A stretch of DNA of 64,000 nucleotides from Macrostomum lignano (Eukaryota): assembly GCA_002269645.1 (NCBI GenBank), contig NIVC01002527.1, forward strand, positions 1 through 64,000, read 5' to 3'. Below are positions 33,150 through 46,357 of the stretch, in pieces (position 1 is the first letter of the stretch; each line of letters opens with the position of its first letter). The notes under the pieces are model-generated. The model worked only from the letters and a program-made list of their open reading frames with translations, was not told the DNA's origin and searched no databases. Position numbers and translations under genes: made by a program.

Positions 33150-36100
33150 TAGGTGTTACTATGAAAGACTATAGCAAGGTTTGATCAAACAGTTTGCTTG
33201 TTTTGCATAAAAATGTTTGTCTATAAGCTTTTGGATACTGTCTGGCTTGTATACATAGTCTAAGTTTTTATTTAGTGGATTGAATCATTGCTAGAAAACT
33301 TGTACTATATATATTTAAGCCTCAATGACTCAATGTCTAATTGAAAAAAGGTTGACAAAAAAAGTAAAGGCTAAATTAAATTATATTAATAGCAAGTCAT
33401 TATCATACATTAGTTAACTATATAGTTATACAATTTAAATTAAGTCTTGTGGTAACTCCTACACTGTTTTCAACACTGATACAATTCAAGTCAGTGTCAA
33501 AATTTAGCTAGTATACAGTCAAAAGCCTTGTATAATGCAATTTTTATCAGAATAAGAATTCAGCCAGTCAGTTTTTTCTCTAGCTTTCTTACAATGCATT
33601 TAAAGTTGAAAAGTCTACTTGACCTTTGTAAAAAGCATGTTTTTTATATTCAATCCCTTTTAACATTGAACAACTTTTTAGCCAAGACACATTTAACACC
33701 AGGGAAAGATTTCTAATTGAATGGTGCAAATTTGAAGAAGATTGGTTGAGTTTTTTTAATTGATCACATACTGACAACATATTTTTAGAATATAAGAAGG
33801 AAAAAGGAAAAAAGGATAATATCTATTATATACCAATTAATTAATAAGTAATTTTTAAGTAATCTAGAAAAAATATATCAAGATGCCTAACATACCAAAT
33901 TATTTTAATATTTTAAACTTAACCCAAAATGTTTATTAGCCAATGGCATATGAGTTTAGACAATGCTATAAGGTCTTACAACTATAATGCATATATACAA
34001 TTATGAAGCTATTAGTATAATATAAGGCTTATTAACATGTCCTTATAACTTATACTATATATATTTGTATATATAGTATAAGTTATTATAGTATATATAC
34101 AATATATAGTATATATAGTATATATAGTATATATAGTATATATAGTATATTATTATAACAAGAACTTAATTTGATACTTATAAAAAATCTTATTCTTAAA
34201 TTATTATATTAAAATTATAAAATTGAATATATAGTTATATTTATAAAAACTATAATCACAAACTTGAATTTATACTAGAAGGCTACTAGTCACTTTGGCA
34301 ATAAGGCATATGATATTAGTAAGACATTTTGGTAAAAAAATTAAAATATTTGAATAAATTGCTAGATGTTTGAATTTTACAAAATAAAGATAAAGCTAAG
34401 GATATTGCTTGATAACAATGGAAAGACTTTTTATGCTTTGAATAGAAAGAGTTATTAATTTTAATTTTTTTGTATTAAAATACAAATACAAGGGGTGTCC
34501 CAAAAGTTCCCTGAATGTCTAACGTAGCTCTTCAACAGAGCCATGAAATTTCATGCCCCTGGTGTCAAATGAAAGAAAAATTTGTCACAAAGAAAACAAA
34601 GTTAAAATCATGTTGATATCTTTTTTACTCAGGAGCTGCAGCAAGAAACATGTGCAAAGGTCAGGGGTAGTGTTACACAATCTCACATATCAATGAAAAT
34701 ATAATTTTTCATCTCCATTTTTAGATATTTTCATTTTGTATTCGTGCTATTGACATGTCAGAAAGACATGGTAGTGTCTATGGAAAAAAGCAGAAATGCT
34801 CATAAAGCTAATCTGAGCTTTTGTGCAAGTGCAAATAATTTGTACCAAGCACTTGCTTTCAACTTGGAATTTCTTTGCAAAAATGAGTTCTTTTCAGAGC
34901 CTTGAAAGTTAGCAAAGTCAAGTTTTTGCTCTTTGGTCAGTAGGATAGAGTGGAGCCAAGATTTCTACCACTTATTCTCCATCCACAGTGAGAACAGCCT
35001 AAAAAACTGCCATTCACAGATGGATTGAACACTTTAGAGATGGCCAGTCTGCTGTGAATGATCAGCCATACTCTGGCCATTCTTGCACGTTGGGTGGCAA
35101 GATATCCCATCAATGGATTGAGGCCCTGCTAGACTTGGATGCCCACTTGACTATTTGAGAGATCTCTGATTAATTGGATATTGCCAAGTCAAGTTGAGGA
35201 TTCATCAATGGTATGAACTGTTCTGTGTTTTATTGTTTAAAATCATTGCCATAGATTTTTGAGATTGTGTAACACTACCTAACCTTTGCGCATGTTTCTT
35301 GCTACAGCTCCTGAATAAAAAAGATATCAACATGATTTTAACTTGTTTTCTTTGTGACAAAATTTCCTTTCATTTGACCCATGGGCATAAAATTTTATGG
35401 CTCTGTTGAAGAGCTACGTTTGACATTCCAGGAACTTTTGGGACACCCCTCATATGTTCATTTTTCAAGTGTATTTTAGGAATCTATCTTTACTAGGTTA
35501 ACTTGCTAATAGACACTTTGTCTCTAGATGCATATGAGATATACTGACAAAGTTAACAATTAGTAACTCTAATTATGGACAAGCATTCAAGCAAGCATAC
35601 AAACCTTAGAGATTTAGTATATTTAGATAGTAACTCTAATTTAATGCCTGTACCTTGTTGCTTAAAGCAAATAAAAGTTATTTCAATCAACTTTGCCTTG
35701 TTAAAGCTCTAAAATATAAATGTCAATATAAGATAATACTTGTTATACTTTTAAAAATTATCTTTGTAACCAATATATAGTTGATCTTACTAGTTAAAGT
35801 AAAAATATAGATCTCATTTATTAAATTAAAATCTAATTTTATTTATACATTTATGTTGTAGACTTTTTGCCTAAACGTCTTTCTTTTGTTGCTAAAGAAA
35901 TAGGGTTATTACCTTATGGTTAGAGCATTAGACTTATGACTGAAAGTTTAGAAATTTAATTCCCTTTTGTAGCCAATGACCATTATCAGATAATGTCTAG
36001 CACAGATTGGTCTCTAGCAATGAATATAGTCAGGTGTGCTGGTATAGTCTAGCAAAAAGGAAAAGGGGGTATCCCACAACAGCATAGTTTAGAACTTGGC

Positions 36101-38830
36101 TGCAATAGGTTTGATTCTTAATCTTATTTTTTGTCCTTAAGTAGGACACTTAACTTTGCTTGCTCCAGTTCACCTAGCTATACCAATATTAGCTAAGATA
36201 AGTAAAAGTGTATATGTCAAGCCCTTAATCCTTGGACTGAACAGCCATGTGCAACCTTTAGATATACTATAGAATAGCTATGGCTAAGCTGTCAATTGCA
36301 TAATTGTCCATTAGGGCCTATGCAATCAATTATTTTTATTATTTTTATTGTAAATAGCTTGCAAATGCCAGTATGGCAACTACTAGAACCTATCAACAAA
36401 AATGTTTATTACTTGCCCCTAATTTTTACTATAGAATATCTGTTGCTAAGTCTTATTGTTGGCTTCTAGTGAATTTGATAACAGGCTATTTTGGCAATAG
36501 CCAATTTGGCAAATGCTTAAGTTAAAAGAAAGCTGACACTTTTATTAAAATTCAACATATTGTCATTAGACATTAGTCCTTGCCATTGAAATTAAGGTAA
36601 TTTAGATGTAGTCATATTAAATAATACATTTTCAAAATGATGTCTATAAAAGCTATACTATGCCTCTTTAGAGTATTTAACTAATAGCTAAATTAACAAC
36701 TTATACATAAAACATTAGTAGAAGCTTAGACTTATACTAAATTTATAAGGGCTTATATAGACTTATACTAAAAATCAAAGTTTTTTAAAATAAATTTAAC
36801 TAGGGTGTCCAGTGAGCCTATTTTTAGCAAGTGCAAAAAACGTGAAAAAGTGGTCTTTTTTAGATGGCTATAACTTTTTAAATATTTCAGATATGGCAAC
36901 ATTCTTATATTTGTTGAAAAGTAGACAAACAGATCTTTCAAATGATATATAGTTTGCATGTTTACTACATACAATTACAAGATACAGATTGTCAAACATT
37001 GCATACATCTTCGAAACTGTGCCAATTTTGCTTGAAAATATGGGGTAGGGAGAATTCATTTTTTAGTAAATAAGTGCATAACTGCTAAGAATGCTTGCAT
37101 ATTGGTTGTAGGTAACTTCCTGCAGGTCATTTTAAATGAATTTTTTTTGTTCAAAAATATTTATATGTACATGTAAAATTTAAAATGGCCATAACTTTTA
37201 AATGGAAAGAGTGGCCACCCTAATTCTTTTTGCTACTTACTTCGAGTGACAAAACGAAACTTTTAAGCAAGACAGGATGAGTGTAACTCCTGTCACAGTA
37301 TGCCTAATAGAGATTGCCAAAATGCATGCAAATCCCTGAGACAAATTCTTAAAGAAATTTTTTAAGCTCAAAAGAATGGCCAGTTAGTTTCTTCAATAAA
37401 ATGATAGCAAAACAGGCCAAGCTCTTAGCTCTTTGTCCTAAAGGCACATCCTGATAACTTTTGCTGCACCAAAGTTATTAAGCATATTTGGCACAGCTGT
37501 ACATGCAAATACACTATGGAGATAGGAAAAATGTACATTGAGGGGCTGTATGCTCTACAAATCAGTTACACATCCAATTTTTTCCAAAAAAGGAAAGCTC
37601 TTTCAATAGACACAATTTTAGCCTATTGAACTCTAATTGCACTCTAACTAGCCTACTGAGTTAGTAGAAAGTTAAGCATCAGCACAACAATTCTTAGACA
37701 ACTTTTTCATCAAGAGTTAAAGAGTTGTTTGGAACAACTTTTTAGTGACTTTTATCACATTATCATTTTTAACAGGTTAAGATTTACATGAGCTACATAG
37801 ATTTATAGACACAATTGACATCTAGAATGGTACTTTGGAAGACTCATTTTCATGTAAATAATGGTCAAATCATTTGCATACTACTTACAGTAAGAAGTCA
37901 AGAATCTTACTAATTATTGTATACAAGTATTACTTTGATATGAAAGTAATAAAAATAAGGTAACTGGAAAGTATACTATGACAAAGCCAAAGAATGATAC
38001 TCCTGCAATTTTTTCTACACCTCTTTTGTCTTAATCCCCAGATCTAGAGATATAGAATAGTATATATATACACAAGATCATAAAAAATTGTGGTAACAAA
38101 AATCTATAAAATAACACCTCAAACACTAAAATCTTCATGAAATAAAAAAGTTACAGACATTTTACTGTTACAGACATGCTTTTTGCCCAAAAATGGCAAA
38201 GTTTTTAGTGTATTTGAGATAGGGAAAAAAACACAAAACTTTTAAAACAAAAAACTTAATAACTTTTTTATTACTTGATCAATTTTCAAATTTTCTGTTA
38301 TGTATGCGGCTTGTATGCTGGTTAGGGTTCTTGCATTCTGATTGGCTGGGAGGTTTGTCTGTCTGCCCAGACTGGCCTAGGCCAGGTAGGGAGTTTAATG
38401 TTTGCTAAATTATGCTAGTTAGTAGTTAACTATAATATAAGTGTGCACTGGCCTTTCAAAAGCCTTTGTGACTTTTTCTACCTTGCAATCGCTTCTTACA
38501 TCTTATTCATTTGGCCACGCTGCCTCAAAGTACAACAATTTCACTTATAACACTCAGAGCTACAGTATGACAATTAAAATTTTAGATTTCAAAAAAAATT
38601 TTCTCATTGGACCCCCTATTAACTATTATAGGGGCCTATTGTATGCACATATATATTAGCAGTAGCAATAGCTAAGCAGTGTTCTTTTGTCATTGCAACA
38701 TTGACAGTTTTTTTCTATTTCATTTTATACTTGCATTTGATGATTGCACTGCTTGCACTTCTAGTCAAATAAAGCAACAGACTTAAGGTAGGTATTTAAA
38801 AGTATTTTGAAGATATCTTTATAGACTATA
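33150..38830. other. AT-rich, CpG-poor block of decayed transposon-derived sequence
   Basis: About 13 CG dinucleotides in about 5.7 kb by eye (none seen in 33181-34500); TA-rich; contains recognisable TE relics. Confidence 0.8.
34489..35452 (+). mobile_element. Decayed mariner-type element (964 bp) with about 195-bp TIRs, TA target duplication and a transposase HTH relic
   Basis: TA|CAAGGGGTGTCCCAAAAGTTCC ... GGAACTTTTGGGACACCCCTCA|TA; arms 34489-34684 and 35261-35452. 35009-35083 translates AIHRWIEHFRDGQSAVNDQPYSGHS (mariner consensus-like RW..RF..G..S..D.PRSGRP). Confidence 0.88.
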
Positions 38831-38838
38831 GTCTAGAT

Positions 38839-39237
38839 CAGGGGTCCCCAACCTGTGGCCCATGGCTGCATATGGCCCGCAAGCCCTTTTTGTGGCCTGC
38901 AGCACCTTCCAGTAGTTTGCATTACATGCGGCCCACTAAGTCTATCACTGGATTTCATTGCAGCCCCCGAAAATGTTAAAATTTTCCTAGCTGTATTGAA
39001 AATATTCCCAGAAATTTCTTACCCTCTCCACTGCTAGAAGCAAAGCTTCAATTCATTTGGATTGCTATTTTAGCCACTCCTAGTGCACAAATGTACATGC
39101 AGTCAAGAGTTGAAGTGAAAAGTAGGAAGGAATGCTAGCTTTGCTTGGCTTTGCATATTTTATATTAGCATGCAGCCCGCACACCCTAAGCCAGTTGTCA
39201 ATATGGCCTACCACCCATAGAAGGTTGGGGACCCCTG
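38839..39237. mobile_element. hAT-Charlie-type MITE (399 bp)
   Basis: TIRs CAGGGGTCCCCAACCT / AGGTTGGGGACCCCTG; perfect 8-bp TSD gtctagat (NTCTAGAN Charlie preference); GGCCC/GCCCGC subterminal words. Confidence 0.92.
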
Positions 39238-39408
39238 GTCTAGATCATACTAGGTGCATGCCTAAAAAGAAATTGAATAGTTACAAATGCATGCCAAAAA
39301 AATTAAGTGCATATCCATACCCTTAAATCTAGGCTAGCGTTTTGACAATAAATTACCTTTTTACATTGAATAAAGGACCTTTTGGCTAATAATTTGGTTA
39401 CTTATTTA

Positions 39409-39705
39409 CATACATGCGCAACAGTCGGCCGAGTCGGCCGATCTGGCCGACCGATTTGGCAGCCAACCAAGGAAGTCGCAAAAATACCCACCTGAAAAAT
39501 TACCCAAGTAGTAGTATTAAGTAGCTGACGAGACATTTTGGCTCAATAAGACAGTCATAGTTACTCCTGCCGTTTACCCAAAGTTGCGTTAATTTTGCTT
39601 TAGGGTTTTTTACATGTAAGTTGCATTTTTGGCCAAAAACTACGTCGCATTTTTGTTAAAACTAAGTCGCATGGCCGACCGAATTTTGGAGGTTGCGCCT
39701 GTATG
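39409..39705. mobile_element. hAT-type MITE (family B, 297 bp)
   Basis: TIRs CATACATGCGCAAC / GTTGCGCCTGTATG; perfect TSD cttattta; shares internal sequence (gtcatagttactcctgccgtttacccaaa) with 20919-21191. Confidence 0.9.
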
Positions 39706-40059
39706 CTTATTTATGTCTTGTCTATACTATTTATAGCAGAAAATTGATATGTATAAACATTTGTTTAAATGGCTTTTTACAAAATAAAACACTAGAAAGC
39801 TTGAAATTTATGCTCAAAAATATGCTTTTCAATCTTTTTTCCACTTAACACTAACTCTGTATGATTTTATTAAGTGCATGCTAGGTATACATGCACACTA
39901 TTTTCTTAGGGGTAATGCATGCCAACTTGTGCATGCCTAAATTTTTGCGTGCAAAGCAAGGTCAATGCATGCCTGACATTTTAGGCAATAGGCATATACT
40001 AAATGATCCCAAGTGTGCCATTGCATATAGAAATGAATCATATTATTATACTATGACCG

Positions 40060-40241
40060 ACCTTTCTCTACTTAATTATCCAGATCTCTTGAAGCAGATA
40101 TTCAAATCTCTTGCAGTTGGTGTCATTTTAAAGAAGAGACTTGCCGCTTTCAAATGACACCAGACTCATGCAAGTGCAACTTTCCATACGTCCACACCGA
40201 GTAATAGTAACACTACTTTCTAACTTTCCGGACGCCCCTCG
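40060..40241. mobile_element. Solo right end of a mariner-type element, CpG-intact
   Basis: ...ACTTTCCGGACGCCCCTCG|TA = TA-CGAGGGGCGTCCGGAAAGT; shares ggtgtca..tgaaag with the 34489 arm. No partner end found; left boundary approximate. Confidence 0.6.
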
Positions 40242-43200
40242 TATTTATTGCTGCTTTACTTTCAGAAGTTGTAGCTTTTCAAGCGACCAGCAGGCAAGCA
40301 AGCAACCATGAATGCTACGTACAACGTACAATTATCATAATTTTCATTAATTTAATACGTTGCATGCATGCATGCATGCGGTTACATCATATAATTCATG
40401 AACATTTATAACAAAGCATCAACATCAAGTACGTTACTGCAGACAATGTTTTTTATTTTTTTATTTGACTAAAATTCAGTATGTCTTGTACGTATAAACT
40501 TGACCGCTTTAAGACAAATTGATTTTTGGAAACTTATACCTGACCTGACCACTTTTGAGGGCTCCGCCTCCGTGCAATAAACAGGACTGCGTCTTACGAA
40601 CTCACGCCGCGCGTCTCCGTACCTCTGCCCCTCGATCATTGTGCTTGATAAATGTATTAAATATAATTTGTCCCTTGCTCTTAAATAATTTCGTTTGATT
40701 ATTAATTTCATGTAAGTTATAGCTGTATCAAACTATTGTTTTATTAATGATGATCATTTGAACATTTCGTTACGATGAAATCGACCTAAAAATCGGGGTG
40801 CGCCGAAAGTAGTTCATTGGATTTATACATAAGCCCGTGTCACGTTATTGGCGTAGAGGTTATGACCCTTAGAAGGGCCGTTTTACGAGAGTTGTAAGTC
40901 GTAGTCCCAAATGAATCGAGTCAAGTCTTGATAAGCGGATTGAGTAGCGGAGCACTTGGCATACAAGGCAGGGAACTGCCGAAATTTGGTTATTATTGTT
41001 CAGATCAATATTCAATGTGGTTAATATCAATATAGAACTTATTGCGCTTTGGGGACCATAGTGTAGATCATGTAGTGCACGCGAGAATTTTCCCGCGTGC
41101 ATTTTCAAAAGTGGCGTGCACCGGCGTGCAATTAGGTAAGTGTCGTGCATTTGGCGTGTATAATGCACACTACATAAATACACTGGCGTGCCTGGCATGC
41201 GCCGCGTGCCGCGTGCCTGGCACCTGATGTGGCAAAGCTGCCGATGCAATGGTAAGCAGACATAAAATACGTATTATTGTATTTAACTTTTGAAAAAAAC
41301 TATTGTAAATAAACAGTGTATAAGACTGTTAAATAAATTAATGTATTAGAAATACACGTTTTTAAAGATATATCATTTCTTTTGTACATCGTTTGTTGCT
41401 TTGTTTTACACAATGCAATTTAAAATACGTTTTTTGTCTTCAATTTGAATTTTAATTTATCGGCGTGCATCGGCGTGCATTCGCTTGTCGTCGGCGTGCT
41501 TTTGGGAATTAGCTTTGGGTCGTTTCTCGCGTGCACTTAGCATGATCCACACTATGGTTTGGGGACACTGGCGGCTGCAACAATGGTTTTGAATTAAAGG
41601 TGAATTAGAGATTGTAGTCGAGTGGTAGGCGAGTGATGCAAGGCGATACAACGTGGTGAGTAACGGCGATGAGTACAACAGTGACAGATGCGTAGTCGTG
41701 AGATTGGCGTTAGCCGTGGCAGACAGTGGCAGGCAGTGTAAACAGGCTGGCCAGACAGAGAAGGAAAACAAGGCCGCGAAGGGGCGGCAGAACGAAAGGG
41801 AGAAGAAGAAGTAGAGGAAGAAGTGAAAAACCAGCCCGCCGCCAGACGGGGGGGGCTATTAAAGAGCGAAAACAGGGGGTAGCGCAAACACGGAGAGCTT
41901 TCATTGGCTGGCGAGAGAACTTGAAATTATCGATCGTGCCATTTTTATACGGTCGCGAGAGAGGATAGCAAATACACAGTGAACTAGCAATTGATACAAA
42001 TTATTTGCACGCTACTATAAGTAAACGTTAGAATAAACTATTGGAAAAATTAATATGAGAAATTACAAGGGGAACTATAGTCCAACGGCCCTTTTGCGGG
42101 ACCACTTAAACTAGCAACGTCACACCCGCTTTTAATTGAGTAAAAGACATGTCACCGTGGCATATGACATAGCATTTACCCGATCTTATGCACTCGTTTT
42201 TGCACCTTTAGTCCGGGTTTTGATCGATGCCACTCGGGTGAAAATCGATAGAGACATCTAAATCTATGTACAATTTTTGCAGCTCGCGTACAAACGTATT
42301 GGCTAGGCCAAGTAAAAAATAAGTAATTGATGAATTTGTGAGTTTGTCTATTTATTTAAAGAGAGACTGTGACAGCGCTGAAAGATGTGCTGTCCAATCA
42401 AAATTTTAAGGTTAAAAGTTGTACCTCAACGACGGGGCCAATGCACCAATCAGAGAACGGCAAGTCGCCTCAACATGTGTAAACAATTTTCTAGCAGGTG
42501 AAATCCCGGTCATGCGGCTTTTTGGATGCGCGCTTCTTTTGCGAGGGCGACTGGTGATAGCAATGTTTGTGTAAAATCGTGCATCGCAAATACATGTATT
42601 ATAATATTCAAACTAGCTCATATCGAAATCAGCTACTATAAGCAACATATGTTTTACACAATGCTAATCCATAGTCACCTTTCTATAGTGTCATTTTCAT
42701 CCTCGCAAAACTTTTAACTCTGTGTGTCAGTGTGTTAGCTCAAAAGTTAGTATGCATTCTGCAAATATTTAACCACTTATTGTTATCTTGCCACAATATT
42801 TGAAACTTTAAACCAAGCCATTGACTCACTTGACTAACTGCATGGGGCTCCAGTATCCGGATGAAGCGGGGAGGGATCGGCACCAATTCCACTAACCCCT
42901 GCAGCGACAACGATCAGCAGTTATAGTGCTGCGGTGTCGCACAGGGAGATCCGCGGTGGTGCCAGAGTCTACGGAGCAGTCCATAGGCGCCTTGCAGCGG
43001 TTGAGAATTATGTGATGAAGTCGAGCACTGTACTCGAGAGGCGGTGGTTCGCTCAATGACGTGGATCACCGATTGATTCTCTGATGAGTGGACGATATGA
43101 TCTTCTTCTCCCAGACTCGCGGAATGGAGTTGAGGAGCAGATCGAACTTCGTTCTGTGGAAGACGGTGCTGGGATCGAGAAGGACCAAGCAATTATATGT

Positions 43201-44018
43201 TGATTTCTGTAACTAAAATTTCGAAAATAAATTTTTTCAATTTTGTTTTCTAAAAAAAAATTTTTTACCATTTTTATTCTAAAAGATGTTGAGTCAAGTA
43301 AATGAAATCTCTTTGAGTTAGATCGAAACAAAACTATTTAAATTCTCATGCTCTGGATGCGCGGGACCAAACAATACCCCCTCAACCTTGTTAGGATGGC
43401 AGCACAGCTAAGTGCTCGTTAACTATTCCCATATTTCATTTTTGCAATAAGGAACAGTGCCACTCTCTCGTCGATGCGTAAACTCTCTATTTGACTGTCT
43501 GTAAGCTTCCAACCTGCATGGCTTCTCGTTTCAATACTATAGTAAAAGCAGGTGATTTCTCAGGTGACTGCATCTTCCACTTGTTTTCCTTGGTAACGTA
43601 ATAAACACAAGGCACGACAGCGATTGGCATCGAAAAAGCGTATGAATGCATGCATGCAGTCAAATGCGCTGCAGAGAGCTTTTCTCATTTCATCCTTTTT
43701 AAGGATAAGGAAACCCCTTGCAATGCAGTCCCACAGTCGGGGCGCCGTTCGTTCAGAAATTCATACACAATGCCCTATTGTTTTAACTAAAGAATGGCCT
43801 GTACACGTACAGGCTGTTGAGCATTCTGAATTTTCATCCCCAACCCTGCAGCATAGGTTTAGAAAACTGCTTCAGCTTTCAGTCTGACTAATTGAATTTT
43901 GGCTTGCTGACTAAAGAGTATATAAATATAACTGATCGGGAGGAATTGCTTTTCAGCGATCGCGATCCCGCCTACGTAACAAGCGGAGCCTATATCCGTA
44001 ACACTCGCTCTCCTTACC

Positions 44019-44129
44019 ATGCCTCTGAGAAAGAAGCTGTCAAGATCACAGGTGGCGTCCCGGCCAGTCAGGGTGTACACTGATGGAGAGATTCAGCGGC
44101 GCATTGCCGAGCTGCCGTTCAGCGTGCAG
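44019..44129 (+). CDS. Uncharacterised protein, exon 1 of 2; join(44019..44129,44746..45033), 132 aa
   Basis: accATG after an in-frame TAA at 43977; MPLRKKLSRSQVASRPVRVYTDGEIQRRIAELPFSVQ; donor CAG|GTGTGC, phase 0; intron filled by minisatellites as in neighbouring genes. Confidence 0.6.
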
Positions 44130-44204
44130 GTGTGCAAAATTTTAAATTAATTAAGGCTGCTACAGCCTAGCTGCCGGCTTATCTTTGTATTCAAAACCTG
44201 CTGA

Positions 44205-44732
44205 GTCAAATCTACCCAGTTTGAACCCAAATCTGCCCAATCTGAACCCAAAACTACTCAGTTTGAATCCAAAACTACCCAGTTTGAACCCAAATCTACC
44301 CAGTTTTAACCCAAATGTACGAGTAACCAATCTGAACCCAAATGTAACCAATCTGAACCCAAATGTAACCAATCTGAACCCAAATGTAACCAATCTGAAC
44401 CCAAATGTAACCAATCTGAACCCAAATGTAACCAATCTGAACCCAAATCTACCCAAGCTGAACCCAAATCTACCCAGTTTGAACCCAAATCTGATTCACC
44501 TCACAAATCTACCCTAGTCCAACTGTATAGTCGCTAGTACGTGCAAAACTACCCTAAACAAAGCGCAAAACTACCCTGAACAAAGCGCAAATCTACCTCT
44601 AAACAAAGCGCAAATCTACCTCTAAACAAAGCGCAAAACTACCCTAAACAAAGCGCAAATCTGCCCCTAAACAAAGCGCAAAACTACCCTAAACAAAGCG
44701 CAAAACTACCCTAAACAAAGCGCAAACTACCC
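44205..44732. repeat. Two adjacent minisatellites: 21-bp (CCAATCTGAACCCAAATGTAA) and 22-bp (ACCCTAAACAAAGCGCAAAACT)
   Basis: Direct reading; 44205-44515 and 44540-44732. Confidence 0.9.
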
Positions 44733-44745
44733 CCAACCCGAGCAG

Positions 44746-45033
44746 CTGGTGATGATGAGCGCCATGGAGAGCCTGATCCAGAGTGAGATTCGCGCATCGC
44801 TCAGCTCCCTGACGGCAGCCAGGCAGGATGTCCGCTCGCTTCAATCGCACCTGGACAGCCTGGTAGTTGACGGCTTTCAAGAGGCCGAGACCGCGCGTGA
44901 AGCCGCTAAGGGGGCCATCCGGTTGGAGGACTTTGCCGACAGAAGCCAATCGACGCTGCCGAAGAACCCGGCTGGGCCGAGCAGCCAGCTGTCAATCCAG
45001 GACGAGGTTATCAACAAGACCAGCGTGGTCTGA
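44746..45033 (+). CDS. Uncharacterised protein, exon 2 of 2 (coiled-coil-like)
   Basis: GAGCAG|CTG acceptor (NAGNAG; 44743 is an alternative); GC3-rich codons; LVMMSAMESLIQSEIRASLSSLTAARQDVRSLQSHLDSL...NKTSVV*. Confidence 0.65.
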   Translation: MVMMSAMESLIQSEIRASLSSLTAARQDVRSLQSHLDSLVVDGFQEAETAREAAKGAIRLEDFADRSQSTLPKNPAGPSSQLSIQDEVINKTSVV

Positions 45034-45728
45034 TGCGATTAATAATCTCTATTTCGGGATCGATATAAACTAAAAATTTGCCTCAAAATATTTAATAAAC
45101 TCGGAAAAATTTCATGTCCCTATGTATCGAATTTAATATTTTTTGAGAAGCCTCTATACTATTAGAAAAATCCCAGTGACCTGCAGAATATCGTAAAAAA
45201 CCTAATATTCAACTTACAGGATATTTCCCTGCATCATTGCCGCTAGAAATATTCCCTCATGAACTAAATCATTGTGTGCAACATTTTTAACTACTATAAA
45301 GTCCTAATTTTAGTCTCATTTCGCACCAGTTTAAGAAAAATTTGTTTTATTGCCAGCTAAAATAAATACGCTTGTATACTATTAAATATCCAGAATCATA
45401 GTGATTTGGGTGTTGCCAATTTTGTTATATTCATTATGACAAGCTATCAAAACCAATGTCTACTTTATTAGGTCAAAGTAAAAAAGGTTTTAAAACTTGA
45501 CTCAATTTGTTTAAGTTTTTGCTAATATGTTTTTGGCTTATATTTGTTTTAAATTATTTAAATATTTCAGGTATTTGTTTATATTATTTATTAATTATTT
45601 ATATTATGTTAATTTAGTATGATTTTTCTATATTTGATTTGTTATGATAAGTTGCACTACACAAATTTCGTCTGGATTTATTTGTTTACGATATAGCGAA
45701 TCGATCTAATAACTACATCTGAAAAGTT

Positions 45729-45760
<32 letters not shown>

Positions 45761-46357
45761 TGTACATATAATCCATTTTAAAGGAATTTATCCAGTCGAT
45801 TTTTTTCAAACTTGCACCATTCGATCAGAAATTCTTGCGAATCGGTACAGTTCTCTTTGGCTAAGAGATTTCTTCATTTTAAAGGTGTTAAATATTCAAA
45901 AAACAGTATTTTCCCTATCTAATTAGTGTATTTTTCTTGCAGTGAGAGCTCAATACGTCTACGGCCATAGACTAAACTTCAACTTCTTGAGCTGATGCTC
46001 CGAGCTATAAATAATTAAATATGAGTATTCGAAAACATGCTTTTTTGCATAAGGGAGAGATATCAGCCAGTGCACTTTAAAAGCATTGAAGTATTGCGCC
46101 ACTATATAGAATATGCAAGGGAGAGAGAAATGCTTAGTGGCTGCGTGCTGTTGAGGGGACGCTTGCTGTGTGGGGGATGCAATTGCTGTCTAGATCTGGG
46201 GGATTGTAAGTATCAGATTAAACCATAGACATAAAGACTTGACGGGATTTTATTGAATATTACCAAATAAAATCCCGGGGAACGCAAATATTGTCACGGA
46301 AAGTCTTTATTTCTATGGATTATGTATAATTTTACCCAGACGCAATAACAAAATATT

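Noticed and set aside
35900-35965. tRNA-like head (ggttagagcattagacttatgactgaaagt) in the CpG-poor block
   Set aside because: Too degenerate to call; possibly a decayed SINE.
36801-37222. Possible MITE with TAGGGTGTCC / GGCCACCCTA ends
   Set aside because: Ends match imperfectly and there is no TSD; left inside the decayed block.
42900-43200. GC-richer island with short ORFs on both strands
   Set aside because: No frame gives a recognisable protein or a consistent splice chain.
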